Positions 11,850 through 25,196 of a stretch of DNA of 64,000 nucleotides are shown here, piece by piece. The DNA is from Squalus acanthias. Taxonomy: Eukaryota. Every line of letters starts with the position of its first letter. The stretch's first letter is position 1. The notes below the pieces were generated by a model. It saw only the letters and a list, made by a program, of their open reading frames with translations, was not told the DNA's origin and did not search any database. The stretch spans positions 115,384,001 to 115,448,000 of the forward strand of contig CM059431.1 in the NCBI GenBank assembly GCA_030390025.1, written 5' to 3'. The translations under genes and the position numbers were made by a program.

Positions 11850-14351
11850 TCAGGGTCAGCCTCAATAACATATTGAGAGCAAGCTCCAGACATTGCGATA
11901 ATGTCCTCTTGCAATGATAGACTGGCCAACTCTGTCGAATATCAAACGCGGCAATCAAATGAGTCCATCATGCCTTGACCACAGCCATGCATACTTTGGA
12001 TGACAACATGTCTGCCGCCTTACAGTGCCTCACTGATCTGCATCAAAGTGCTCTCCAGCAGAATGGTAGCAGTGAAGTGCAGATGGCCCATGAGAGGGAT
12101 GATGGCGAAAGGGGACATGTAAGTGGGAACTCCACTCAAACGTTTCCACTTCTCAACCGTTGTCCCATCAGTTAGTACCCAACATGCTGCCTCGTCTCCC
12201 GATGGCTGAGTCTTCCCGTGCACAGGTGCAGGTGGAGCAATCTTTGGTGGGGCCCTCACGGGTTCCAAAACCCAGAGGTTGTTGGCCAAGAGCATCTCAG
12301 CAGTCAGAGCAGGGATCTGAGCAGCCTTCCTCTACCCCTGCTGAAGCCACAGGGGTTGTACCACATTGGAGCAGTATGAAAAGGAAGAGTAAAGCTTTGT
12401 ACTTTCACAATGGTATGCACATGGGTGTATGATAAAATGTTATGCTGTGAAGTTTCTGTTCTTTAGTAGAATCACATAAATTTTATTATTTTGAACCTTT
12501 TTCCGTCTTGCCCATTCTTAGTTGCTGCGTGGCAAGTCATCTTTTAACTTGCTTGATGATGAATGGGAAGACATGAATTGATGGGGGCCAATGGAGGGAT
12601 GTGCAAGGGGTGGTTGTTTGTTTGCAGGACTGCTTTGCATTAGTGGCATTGGGGGGCGGGCAGGTGGCGGGAAGAGTGGCTGTTGCATGTGGTTCTGACA
12701 TCAGTCCACTGGTGCAACCTAAGTGAACCTTGCATCCCAGGCAGCAATGTGAGCAGCTGGTGCTACATTGCCCTCATCACCTTCCTCCACCTCCTCGGAA
12801 TCGTCCGCAGACAATCTGCACTCTGTGCCTTGTTCCTCCTGTAGGTCCAAGCCTTGCTGCTGCGCTATGTTGTGCAAGGCGCAGCACACCACGACCATTC
12901 TGGAGATCCTGGCAGCTGCATACTGAAGGGCGCCTCCAGATCTGTCTAGGCACCTGAAGCGCATCTTCAGCATGCCAATGGCTTGTTTGATCACACATCT
13001 GGTGGCGCTATGGTATTCATTATAGTGCTGTTGGGCTTCATTGTCGGGTTTCTGATATGTGTCATCAGCTAAGTATGAAGTGGTTATCCCTTGTCTCCTA
13101 GCAGCCACCCCTTAAGTATACGATAGCAAAATACTGCGGATGCTTAGGTATACTTACAGGTCCAAAGGCATCCTGGAGCTTGGATTACTGCAGGATGAAA
13201 GCATCATGGCAACTCCCCGGAATCTTGCACACACCTGCATAAAGATCTTTTTGTGGTTGCACACCAGCTGCACATTGATGGAATGGAAGCTCTTGCAGTG
13301 GTTGAATACTCCTGGTTGATTTGGGGGGCGCGTGATTGCCACGTTTGTGCAGTCGATGATGCCCTGCACCTGTGGGAAGCCAACCAGAGATGAAAAACTG
13401 AGCACCCACTTATTCTGACTGGCATCATTGCAAGCGAAGTTCACATAATTGCCAGCCCTGGCAAATAACCCATCAGTCACCTGTCTTATGAATTTCGGGC
13501 CACCGACTGGGAGATCCTGGATATGTCTCCAGCAGAGCCCTGGAAGGATCCAGAGGCAAAAAATGTTGACGGTGGTAGTCACTTTGACAGCCACCGGTAA
13601 TGCGTGGCCATCAGGTCCAGCAGGGAGCATATCTTCTTCTGGAGGCTGCAGATGTGTGCTACCACCTTACGTGACAACCTGAGCCTCCTGAAACACTGCT
13701 GTTTGGACATGTCAAGGAAACTCTGTGTCGTGGATAGTGTCTCCTGCGAGCTGCATCCCTTTGCTACTCCCCTCTCTGACGCTCCCCTCTCTGACGCTCC
13801 CCTCTCTGTTGTGCTGCTGCAGGTCTCTCAACAGGAGGCTGCCGTTACTGTTGCTGCTGCTGGTCATATTGCTCCTCATCTGAGGTCCAATCTAAGGCAT
13901 CCAAAGCACCACCCATCCTGCTGTGATTCAGAAACCCTCCAAAGTGTAGAAAGTATACACTGTACTGTGAACAAACCCTTTCCCCACTAGTAAGTAAGAA
14001 AGCAGCTGTGAGTACTGAGTATTTATTGCTGCATTTCCATGAGTTTTAATCAGCCCCCACCTTGCTTTCAATGGCGAGTTTCAGGAAGCCCAGGAAACCC
14101 GTGGATGCAACGTTAAATTTAAAACTGTGTTGAAATATCTCTCCAATTGAGCGATTACCATATGTTAATAGGCAAACCTCCTCTCCCGAGGGGGTTGCAT
14201 GCAAGCAGCTTAACGTGCGCGAGTTAAACGCGGAAGTCGGCGGGTTGGAGCCGGCTTCCCGACGTGCTCACATTTTTGTTGGTTTTAACTCCCCCCCCCC
14301 CCCGCCACCCGCACCCACACCCATGCGCTTCTCCAGGTTAAAATTCCCTCC
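11850..14351 (-). mobile_element. Decayed Harbinger element A (transposase on minus strand, last exon of Myb-like gene on plus strand, left end lost)
   Basis: Transposase motifs below; plus-strand remnant GPSRVPKPRG..ATGVVP..KRK resembles the C-termini of Myb-like genes in elements B and C; terminus AAAATTCCCTCC at ~14340-14351. Confidence 0.75.
12719..13916 (-). pseudogene. Harbinger DDE transposase pseudogene
   Basis: [65 protein letters not shown]; several frameshifts. Confidence 0.88.
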
Positions 14352-16483
14352 ATGATATTACATTATTAACACCTCATTTGTGAATGCATCCTTCAGTCAC
14401 CAGACATGACAATGTAAAATAAAATGGCTGCTTAGGTGGAGGGAGTTCCATGCAGTAAAACAGGTGGCCCTGATCAGAGAATCTAGGCTGGGAAGTCTGT
14501 AAGAGCCTGTGTGCAACAGCTAGTTGTGCCACAAGAGACTGTCACGATAATTCTTGATCGTATCCAGATTCATCTTTGATTCTAACTAGTAAAGGTCAGA
14601 TTCAACTTCCTGAAATTAATTGTTGCAACATCCCTCATCCAATGACTATCCAGAGGTGCACTTTCAAGATGACCCTCAGTCAGCTTGTAACTTATGTAAA
14701 AGTAATGGGATAATCCATTTTATCCTCATGTTCCAAGTATTGAATTTTTGTTAACCAGATTAATTGCTCATTCTACACTCTCAGAAAAAAAAACATCAGC
14801 TCAGAGCCTGCAAGTCTGCTTCAACATCTGGAGTAGTGTGGATTTTATGAGTGATTCAAAGGTTACAGCTTTTTCCTTTGGAAGATTGTGGGTTGTTTGG
14901 GCACTCATTTTCTTCCTAAAGAATTATGAAATAATCTCTATTTTGAGAAACATCTTAGTGCTCTCTGGTAAGAAATCTTTAGGGTACTATTTAACAGGAA
15001 CACTAGCCATTTGTGATCGTGCAAACTAAGAGCACTATCAAAGCTATCCTATATCTCTAAACTGCCAACAATTAAGTTTCTGGGATAAAAAAAATCTTCC
15101 AGTAAGAATGGTTAGAATAAAAGGTGAATAAGAAGATGTAGGATTGCGATGGTTCCACACATTCAGCAATTTACTTTAAAGGACCCTAATCACCCCAGAA
15201 AAGGGAGAGGTAGACTAGCTAGTGCTTTGTCTACACGTGGAGAAAGCAGGAGAAAGCACATAATTAAAATTCTCTCAACAATTATATTAGGATGTATAAG
15301 TGGGGCTAGTAATATGAATATTTTTCATTATAAAGGCAGGAGAATCATATTCAGGACATTGACATTCAGCACCGTAACTGATCAGAAGAGAATCTTTCAA
15401 TAAAAATTATATTCCTGCCCCAGCTTTATATCTGTCACAAATGTTTGACCTACGGTTACATTTTCAGTTTGATGGGTGTTGAATTTGCAGTGGATTTGAG
15501 TCACTTTTGAAATAAATACTACTATGAATAGATTAAGCACCGTTCCCATTTAGTGAAACAATTTTTACTACTTTTTAAACATCCATTACTCATTTGTTTT
15601 TGTTATTGTAAGTTACATTCAAATTTAAATCCAGCCCAACAGGCCGCGGCACAAGCTTCATGCCAGATGTTGTAATGGTTTCTTAGCTCACGAGTGATTC
15701 CATATATGAATTTTTCTTTCCCTAACCCAACTCCACAAATGGAAGTTTTCTCTGTCTGATTCTACAGCACTCTGCCAAGGAACAAATCTGAGCCAAGGAA
15801 CATCATTCAGTTAATTTATAGGACACAGATGAGTGGGAAGTCAGTCCTCTTTTCATCATCAAGGGAAGTTTCAAGTCAACCTAGATTGGCCCAGTTCACA
15901 TGGAAAGTCAAACTCTGCCAGAAAATGCAGCCAATAATCATTTCAGATTGTTGAACCGAAGCATTCCTTCAGTACTCAAATTGCCCCATCATTTACGTAG
16001 GACTTTTTTTTTTGTCAATGAAACTAGCTGAGGATGACCTGTTTGGTCTCATCAGACAAAACAACCGTGCCATTCATCTAGCTATGAGATGATAGGAGTG
16101 TTGCATGCTTTATGGTTTCCGTTGTTCATTCTTTCCTCTCGATGCAACTCCTTGGAGGCAAAGACAAATATTTTTTGGCAAGAGAGAGAGAGTTTCTGAA
16201 AAAATGTCCTGTCTTCTTAATTTATGGTTGTAAATAACGGAGTATTCCCGAGGGCAGGATGCAGACAATATCGACTTAGAAGGAGAGCAGTATACAAAAT
16301 GTTTTTGCACATTTGGACGCTGCACTTTAATTTATTGCAGCATCTTGCAAGATATTGGAAAGCTGCTTTATATGTATCAATTTAAATTATTTTAAGCGTC
16401 CTTTTTATATATTTTTGAGGAAACTGGATCTACCCAGTGATAATGAAAAACACCAATTGCTGTTACCGCAATATGGTATAACC

Positions 16484-16520
16484 AGTTCTGATGAAAGGTC
16501 ATCGACCTGAAACGTTACCT
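16484..16520 (+). ncRNA. Minimal hammerhead ribozyme-like motif (family 2) at the head of a ~140-bp short repeat (16484-~16625)
   Basis: AGTT-CTGATGA-A-AGGTC atc GACCT-GAAA-CGTT-ACCT: core boxes, 5-bp stem II, palindromic AACGTT; one mismatch in stem I. Confidence 0.7.
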
Positions 16521-16714
16521 CTGTTTCTCTTACTACAGATGCTGCCTGACCTGCTGAGTATTTCCAGCATTTTCTGTTTTTATTTCAGAGTTCCAGCATC
16601 TGCAGTATTTTGCTCTTATTTTATTGCAGTAGTCGTATTATATAACAAATTTATGTTTCAGATTTTACAGAAAAATGATCATTTTAACAGTGCCATACTA
16701 TGCACATTATTGTA

Positions 16715-17912
16715 GAATCATAGAATCAGAGAATGATACAGCACAGAAGGAGGCCATTCGGCCCATCGTACCTGTGCCAGCTCTTTGGTAGAGCTATCCA
16801 ATTAATCCCACTCCCCTGCTCTTTCCCCATAGCCCTGTAAATTTTCCCTTCAAGTATTTATCCAATTCCATTTTGAATGCTACTATTGAATCTGCTTCCA
16901 TCACCCTTTCAGACAGTGCATTCCAGATCATAACAACTCGCTGTGTAAAAAAATGTTTCCTCACGTCGCCTCTGGTTCTTTTGCCAATCACCTTAAATCT
17001 GTGTCCTCTGGTTACCAACCCTTTTGCCACTGGAAACAGTTTCTCCTTACTTACTCTATCAAAACCATTCATGATTTTGAATACCTCTATCAAATCTTCT
17101 ATTAACCTTCTCTGCTCTAAGGAGAACAACCCCAGCTTCTCCAGTCTCTCCACATAACTGAAGTCCCTCATCCCTGGTACCATTCTAATAAATCCCATCT
17201 GTACCCTCTCAAAGGCCTTGACATCCTTCCTAAAGTGTGGTACCCAGAATTGAACACAATACTCCAGCTGAGGCCTAACCAGTGTTTTATAAAGGTTTAG
17301 CATAACTTCCTCGCTTTTCTACTCAATTCCTCTATTAATAAAGGCAAGTATCCCATGTGCTTTTTTAATAGTCTTCTCAACTTGTCCTACCACCTTCAAA
17401 GATTTATGTACTTACATCCATCCCCAGGTCTCTCTGTTCCTGCTCCCCCTTTAAAATTGTACCATTTAGTTCATATTGCCTCTCCTCATTCTTCCTACCA
17501 AAATGTATCACTTCACACGTCTCTGTGTTAAATTTCATCTGCCATGTGTCTGGCCATTTTACCAGTCCGTATTTGTCCTCCTGAAGTCTATTGCTACCCT
17601 CCTCATTGTTTACTACATTTCTGAGTTTCGTGCCATCTACAAACTTTGAAATTATGCCCTGTATACCCAAGTCCAGGTCATTAATATATATCAAAAGAAG
17701 CAGTGGCCCTAATACCAACCCCTGGGGAACACCACTGTATACTTCCCCTAGGTCCAAAAAAAGCTGCTCACCCCTAATCTTTCTTTTCCTTTAGCTAATT
17801 TTGTGTCCACGCTCCCAGTGTCCCTTTAATTCCATGGGCTTTAATTTTGCTAACAAGTCTATAAAGTGATGCTTTGTCAAATGCCTTTTGAGAGTTCATA
17901 TACACAACATCA
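16715..17912 (-). mobile_element. CR1 LINE 3' part
   Basis: [34 protein letters not shown]; tail (ATTCTATG)-like repeats. Confidence 0.9.
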
Positions 17913-19614
17913 AACAAGTGTAATATGCCATTGAATAGTTTTTAAATATCATTGTAATGGAAGTATCAATACAGTCAATATTTAATAGTTATAGTACTGA
18001 TGTTTCCAGTGAAGAGAAGGGAACATTGCTTTATCCTTATGGGGTAAGGATCTCTGTGTTTGTTGTAATGAAATCATAAACCCATTTATAAAGAATATAC
18101 TTACAACTTCACTGCAAATGGTGCACAGACAAAATCTTCCCTTATGTTACTTAGGGTTGAATTTTCCATGGTGGTAGAGGGCGCGATCGGTGGTGGGTTG
18201 GGTGGGAAAGTTGTTTTTTTTTGACAGCGGGTCGGGAACCTGCTGTCAACTTGCTCCCACGCGCCTTTCCCACAGGCACATCTGTCAGCATGGAGCCGAC
18301 CCGATCTGCAGTGGCGGGGGACCCAATTGAAATAATTATCAGGTATTTACAGGCACGTAAGAGCCTTTTACCCCCTACTTTGTAAATTTCCCTGCATGGC
18401 CACGGGATTCACACAGCTCAGGAACTACGTCGGTCAACCTGAGGTGTGAGTTCTGTGGCCATTGCTCCAGCTGATTACTTGACAGCATGAAAACAAAGCA
18501 AATTAAAAACATGTTATTACATCAGCTAACAGATTGATGGAGATTCTGTACTACTTGAAAAGCTACTGGTAAATGTTAATTTTTCACTGGCCATTCTCGG
18601 CTGTTGTCTTCCAACTGAACAGTAATTGCAGTGAATTGATCTCCACTATAAAAAATGACATATACCATTTAAATACATTTTTGTGTTGTTTCTGGTCAGG
18701 TTTTTCTCACAGTATACTGTGATTGTCCAGTTACACATTAAATCAAGTCATCAAATTCTCATCACTCATTCCACTGGTTCAATTTGCTCTCAGTCCCTGA
18801 CTATGACTAATTTAATTTTTCAGTCTGAGACTTTAGGGTGAATTTCTGTGGCGGTTCTCTCACTTGTCCAATGCAAGAGCTGCAGAAATCCCAGAAACAC
18901 ATTGTAAGCACCACTTACACTGATTGTCAGGGATTCCGCAGCTCTTCCGCTGAACTTGCATAAGATTGTAAATCCATCCCTTTACAATTACATTTAAAAT
19001 CTGCTTAATTTTATATATTACCTATACACACACATCTTTTATTTGTACCAGTTACTGATTCAAAAGTCTATAGATTTGTGACTAAAGCACCAATTAATGA
19101 TCATTTTTGTAGATGGAGTCATATTACTTAATGATAATTTTATTTCGATATTTCTTTGTCACTCATATATAACTTTTATTATACAATTGTACAGTAAAGA
19201 TTCAACACCCACTATGTTAGATTAAACATAAAATTTAATGTGGCCAGTGTCCCTTTAAGAATCCCAACTTAAAACGCGTCATGAGTGACGTCACGAGACC
19301 CGTTCCATCTCATTGGGCCGGGTAATGTGCTGGGCCGGCTTAATAGACCCCAGAAGGTAAGTTCATTTTGTGCAGCGGGATGGAGCCAGCAGCGGGGTCA
19401 CGACCCGCCATGGACACCGGCAGCACCGGACCGGACCCGCCAAGGTAGGCAAAATTCCGGCCATAGTTCCTCCTCTAAATGCTTGATCAGAAAAAAAGAT
19501 AAAAGTTGATTGATTGATGAATAGAAAGAAGCAGAAAGAGCTAGAAAAGAGAGAGAGAAATAGAGAGGAATAACGTTTTATTAATATTAGAGGAAGAGTT
19601 TTTGTCAATTATAA

Positions 19615-19830
19615 CAACAACAACTTGTATTTATAGAGCGCCTTTAACGTAGTAAAACATCCCAAGGTGCTTCACAGGAGCGTTATCAGACAAAATTTAA
19701 CACGAGCTACATAAGGAGACATTAGGACTGGTGGTCACAGAGTTAAGGAGTGTCTTAAAGGAGGAAAGAGAGGTAGAGAGGCGGAGAGGTTTAGGGAAGG
19801 AATTCCAGAGCTTGGAGCCTTGGCAACAGA
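19615..19830 (-). mobile_element. L2-like LINE 3' end fragment
   Basis: CTCTGGAATTCCTTCCCTAAACCTCTCCGCCTCTCTACCTCTCT..CCTTTAAGACACTCCTTAA and tail GGCGCTCTATAAATACAAGTTGTTG. Confidence 0.65.
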
Positions 19831-21934
19831 ATTAAAAAGGAAGAGAGAGTAATGGAACTCTAAGAGATGTGGCAATAGTCCAATTTGTGCTATTCTATTG
19901 TCACAAATCATTAGTGACAATATACCGACGGTGTTTTGTAAACCAAGGAACATTTTGAAATGAAAAGTCAATAAAATGTTGGAAAAATACCGTTTCTTTT
20001 AAATCTTAATGCATTAAGTGAGAATCAGTTTGTATAAATAGAATTTTTGTCCATTGAAAGCAGCACTGTAGGCTGAGACAGAAAATCAGATAACATTGGA
20101 TTTCCTTATGCAAACTTTTTATTATCTCATAGGTCCAAATGGAGGAAATATGTTAATTGTGACAGTCCATTTGAATGGACTGCTGGGCTAGCTCCTTCAC
20201 TAATGATGCCATTGTTGCCTTCTCTGATGCAGTTTATAGCCCTAGGAAGGCACTGGTCCAGGAACATATCTATATCTATTTTCCTGGCGGAGGATACAGT
20301 GGGTGAGGAGAGGCATACTAGCCTCCCAGCTGGCGGGAGTGGGAGTCACCTGTGAGTCCAGCCCTGGGAGGTGGCATCGACTCCAAAAGATTCAGCAGCA
20401 CTTGGTGAGTTATTTTGGTCACCTTCTAACGGGTGATCTTGAAGGCCACAAATTGTGCATCTTCTGTGCCAGTGATACCATCACTCACTGCAGCAGCTTT
20501 CTAGCATTACTTTCATCTGGCCCCTCTGCAACGGTGGGCATTCAAGGTGTGTCCACAGTGGAGTGGGTACTCACCAAAAGATGTAAAACAGGGAACCTCC
20601 CCCTCACCACACATACGCTGATGGGGGTCAGAGGTGGACGATCTCGTTGGGTGCCTCCTGCACTTGTGCCAGGATCACAGGCCCTGGCAGTCTCAGGGCA
20701 TTTATTTCCCAGCAAAGCCAATCTAAAACTCTTGCTTCATGATCTGTGACAAGTCCCATTACTAACTATTTTCAAAATTCTTTCATAGGAGATGTAAACC
20801 CCTTCCCTGTTCCACACTCCAGCCTGACACGCCCCCCCTCCCTCCCAACAACAGTGGAACCTCTGACTCACCATGAGCAATGCCAAGGGAGATTTGCTAG
20901 TGTAAACTATTTATGGGGGCAGTTTCCAGCAAGCAATGGTCCAATGACTGAATCTATATATAAAAGGAATAACTGCGCATAGTGGGTTCAGGCTTTGTTA
21001 AATAAATGTGTCCAATCACTACGCTAAGTTATACTTCTTCCCCGAGCTCCTCTCACAGCAATAATATACAACAGAAATAAAAGTAAGGTCATTTTATTGG
21101 TATAATATATCAATATTGAAACAATAGGAGCGCAAAAGGTGAGTAAAATGGCATACACCTGATCAGTTGACCACGTGAAAGCAATAAATATCAATGAAAT
21201 CCTGCAGGATTTTTATTTATTATCAGTGTTGTGCAGCTGCACAATTTGCCTGATAATTACGTCAAATGAATGTCCAGCTTGGGTCACACAGTCCAGTCCA
21301 GTGAATCTATAAACTTACTGTGTGGAGGGGATAAAAATGAGGTTGTATTGTATTATATTATTATGCAATGTAAATGTACACTTTTAATAGAGCATCAAAC
21401 TGCATCAACTAGTAAATTGTTTGATGGATCAATCGCTGGATTTTCTAAACATCGAGTTAGATTAATGGGCAAACAGTTTAAGATTTTAGGCAGAGGAAAT
21501 GGGCTAGAAATTCAATACTTTAGCGCTCATGGGGCGCTAAGGGCTTATCGCCCGGGCGTGGCGATTCCAACGCCGCCCACGAAATTCAGTCGGCATTTAG
21601 CGCCAATGCTAACACTTAGCGCCTGACCCTCTAGTGCTGCTCAAACCGTGATGCCCGTTAGTGCCCCAGATGCAAAATTCAGTCGCTTCCCCTGACTTAC
21701 CGCCTGGTGCAGAGAACGACCGAAATAGCAGGCGTTGATACCCGGGATTGCCGCTCCCGGGGCGCTATTTAAAGGGATCACTAATCGGTTCATTGGGAGG
21801 TCAGATTCATTGCTGGCTTGTTCGGTAGCGTTTTGGCAGCATTCACATTTTCTCCATCTTTGCTTTGTTGCTGCTCTAACAGTTTCTTCACTTGTATTGC
21901 TCTGAACATTTCTACCTCCTCTTTTCTCTCATTT

Positions 21935-23131
21935 ATGGGGGCTGTGCTGGCGCTCCACCTTGCCCTCCGGCAACTACGTCGGAGACAGTGGATGCAGAGA
22001 CAGAGATTGGCAAATGTGGCCAGAGGTAGGAGGAGGGCCAACAGACCTCGCAACATGAGGCCTTACCCTCCCAGGGTTTTCCGGGAGCACTTCTCCGACA
22101 TTCATCTCTCAGAGGAGCAGTGCCTTAGAAGGCTCCGTTTCAGCAATGAGGTGGTCACAGAGCTCTGCCACCTCTTGTAGCCAGACCTCCAGCCTCAGCT
22201 CAGGACCAAGACGTCTCTCTGAGTGGCAGTTAAGGTCACAGTCCTCTCAATTTCTATGCCAGCGGCTCCATCCAGGCTTCAACAGGGGATATTGCAAAGA
22301 TTTTGTTGTTCTCCGTCCATTGCTGCATCCAGGAGGTAACAGACGCTCTCTACAGAAGGAGAAGGGAGTACATCTCATTCCCCATCACCAGAGAGAAGCA
22401 GGACGAATGCTCATGTGGCTTTGCAAGGATAGCGGGCATCCCCATGGTTCAGGGCGCCATTGACTGCACCCACGGGGCATTGCGGGCACCTCATCACAAT
22501 GCAGAGGTGTTCTGTAAACGCAAAGGCTACCACTCTCTGAACATTGGTGTGTGACCACAGACAGCGCATCCTCGCTGTCAATGCCCGCTATCCTGGCAGC
22601 AGCCATGATGCATTCATCCTGTGACAGACTGGTGTCCCAGCACTGTTCCACCCACCACATGAAGCTCGCGGCTGGATGCTCGGGGACAAGGGATATCCAC
22701 TCGCCACCTGGCTGATGACACCCCTCCGCAACCCCAACACTCCTGTTCAGCACGCATACAATGACAACCATACCACCATCAGGAACCTGATCGAACAGAC
22801 TATCGGGGTGCTGAAGCAATGCTTCCGCTGCCTTGATCACTCTGGAGGAGCCCTGCAGTACTCCCCTGATCGAGTCTCCCTTTTCATTGTTGTGTGCTGC
22901 ATGCTGCACAACCTGGCCATTCTGAGAGCCCAGCCATTGCCACCAAGGATTGCAGGTCCACCTCAGGAGGAGGAAGAGGGAGAGGAGGAGGAGCAGGCGG
23001 AGGAGGAGGATGAAGAGGAGGATGAAGAGGAGGAGGAGCAGCGGCAATGGAGGAGGGAGCCACTCAATCTTGCTTCTGCAAGGGCCGTTCGTGAGCACCT
23101 CATTAGACAGTGTTTCCAATCAATGATATAG
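21935..23131 (+). pseudogene. Harbinger transposase of element B
   Basis: [57 protein letters not shown], poly-Glu tail; stops at ~22178 and frameshifts. Confidence 0.9.
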
Positions 23132-23364
23132 CACATGGCATTTGCGCAGCACAACCACATCATTACAGCCAGCTCACAGTCCCTATCACTGGGCAAACGT
23201 CAAATGAGAAACATCACAAAATGTGCAAGGTCAAATTAACAATTTAATATCGAATACAACTCTCTCTTATGAAACACAACTATTCATAAAGAAACACAAT
23301 AATATATTTACAAACACATCAATTTATTAACACACACTACCCACATTTGCTACTAAAGTATTCT

Positions 23365-25196
23365 TTACTCCCCTTTCTTCAATGATTTCCCTCCCCTTTG
23401 GAGTTTCCCCCTCCCAACCCTACTGCTCCTCCGTAATGTGGCCCCAGTGGCTGCAGCAGGGCTGGCGGAAGGCTGCTGAGTCTGGGAGCCAGAGACTGCA
23501 GGTGGCCTTGCAGGACGCCCTCGACCAGCTCTGGGCCTGGAAGGCCCGGCTGCAGACTGCACCACCTCAGCATGGGCGGCAGCAGTCTGGGATGGCTGGG
23601 TTACAGGCTGCGACAAGTGCAATGGCGGAGTGGCAGTGGTGGGAGCAGGAATGCTGTCATCCTGAGAGAGGACAGCACCTTCCTGCTCGACCGACACACT
23701 GCCACTCCCCCGAGGCAGAACCTCAGCATCTGGAGCAATCTGCTCGAGCACAGATCCCTGGTGGACTGTGTACGACCCAGCAACGATCGCAGCAGTCAGC
23801 GTTTGCGTGGCAGCAATCTGAGACTGCATGAGAGCAGTCTGAGATTGGATGCCAGCAACCACTGACTCCAATACAGCACTAAGCCATTGTGTTGCCTCGC
23901 CTGTGCTGCAATAGCTGCTGCCACCTCACCCATGACATGCAGCATGAGGTCTGGGTCCCCACGGTCTCTCTGCGAGTTGACCATCCTTTGCAAACTGCCA
24001 AGGATGGGCTCGAAGGTGTGAGGTGTGAGCAGAGCTGTGACTCCTCCAAGCTCCTTATCATTGCATCCATGCTCTCGGGCACCCTTGCCATTGCACCCAT
24101 GAGCTCAGTGTGCATGCCCATCGCCCGTCTGATCAACGCCTCCACATCGACGTCTTCATCTGAGTCCTGTGCAGAACTCGCGTGTGAACTCACCCTCCGG
24201 GGAGATGGCCCCCGAGCTTTCCTTTCCCCGTGGCGTTGCTGCAGCCCGCTGGGTCCCGGAGCTTCACCCACATCAGACCCATGTACTAGGCTCCCCTCCA
24301 GTGACCGTATCGCCCCATTATCGGACCTAGCGGCTTTGGGAGACACAGCCAGTGAGGCTATGGCTTGGTCTTCCTCCTCCTCTCCCGCGTCGCTGCCACT
24401 GGGAGGCTGAGGGATAGGCTGGACATGTGGTGGCTGATTGTCTGAAAGCATAAAGGTACAATAGTGGGGTTCAGGTCGGGGGTGGTGCAGGAAGGGAGCA
24501 AGGAATGGAGACAGTATACTTAGATGGAAAGTGGGAAAGGCTTGTGGTGTGAGGGGGCAGTGGTATGAGAGAAGAGGGAGAGATGATGAACATACCGTTG
24601 TTGTCCCCAAGGGGATCGGCGTCTCCGACGTCCACAGCACCCACAACCTGGGCCCCAATGACGCCTCCCACTCCTCCTCCAGGTCTGTAAGGGGGTGCAG
24701 GTCCGCCTCACCCTCCTCCCGTTCGTAGCTGCTCCCTCCTGTTGTGAGCAAGCTTAGCCTCCAAGAGAAAGGAAAGCGTGTGAGTGAGTGTGCAGCTATG
24801 TGTTTGGCAGATGTGCCTACCATAGCTGAATAGCTGTTAATGTATGCAAGGCGTGAGATGTGGATGTGACTTTTAGTAGGTGGACATAGTTGGTGGGTGA
24901 GTGTTGGGGATAAGGCGGTTTCTACAGTGTGTGCACAGAGTGAGGTTGAAATGGTGACATGTAGAGGTTTTTGAAGCATGTACTCACCCTGACCACCCGA
25001 GTGAGGTCGTTGAATTTCTTCTGGCATTGGGTGGGAGTTCTGTGGACCACACTTCTGGCTGACACGTCCTGGGCGACCTCCCTCCACATCCTCCTAAACG
25101 CCTGTGGCAATGGCCTCCTGCCATGGCCGCGATCAGATCCTCCAAGGCCTGGTCGCTGAACCGGCTCTCTCTCTCTCTGGGCCTCTGATCAGCCAT
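23365..25196 (-). pseudogene. 3-exon Myb/SANT-like DNA-binding gene of element B (exons ~25196-24988, 24758-24596, 24441-23365)
   Basis: MADQRPRERESRFSDQALEDL..WREVAQDVSARS..RTPTQCQKKFNDL then GTGAGT donor; exon 2 AKLAHNRREQLRTGG; exon 3 after TTTCAG acceptor, low-complexity, ends LRRSSR..; frameshifts. Confidence 0.8.

Noticed and set aside
20230..20740. 148-aa ORF in a GC-elevated stretch
   Set aside because: No recognisable motif on either strand; probably an unassigned old repeat
21501..21780. CRISPR-like or regular repeat array
   Set aside because: Irregular TAGCGC/GCGCTA subterminal motifs of a transposon with no repeat-spacer periodicity
23879..25087. 402-aa ORF as a single-exon protein
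   Set aside because: It reads through two introns and off-frame exons of the Myb-like gene; only its 3' part is the real exon 3 frame
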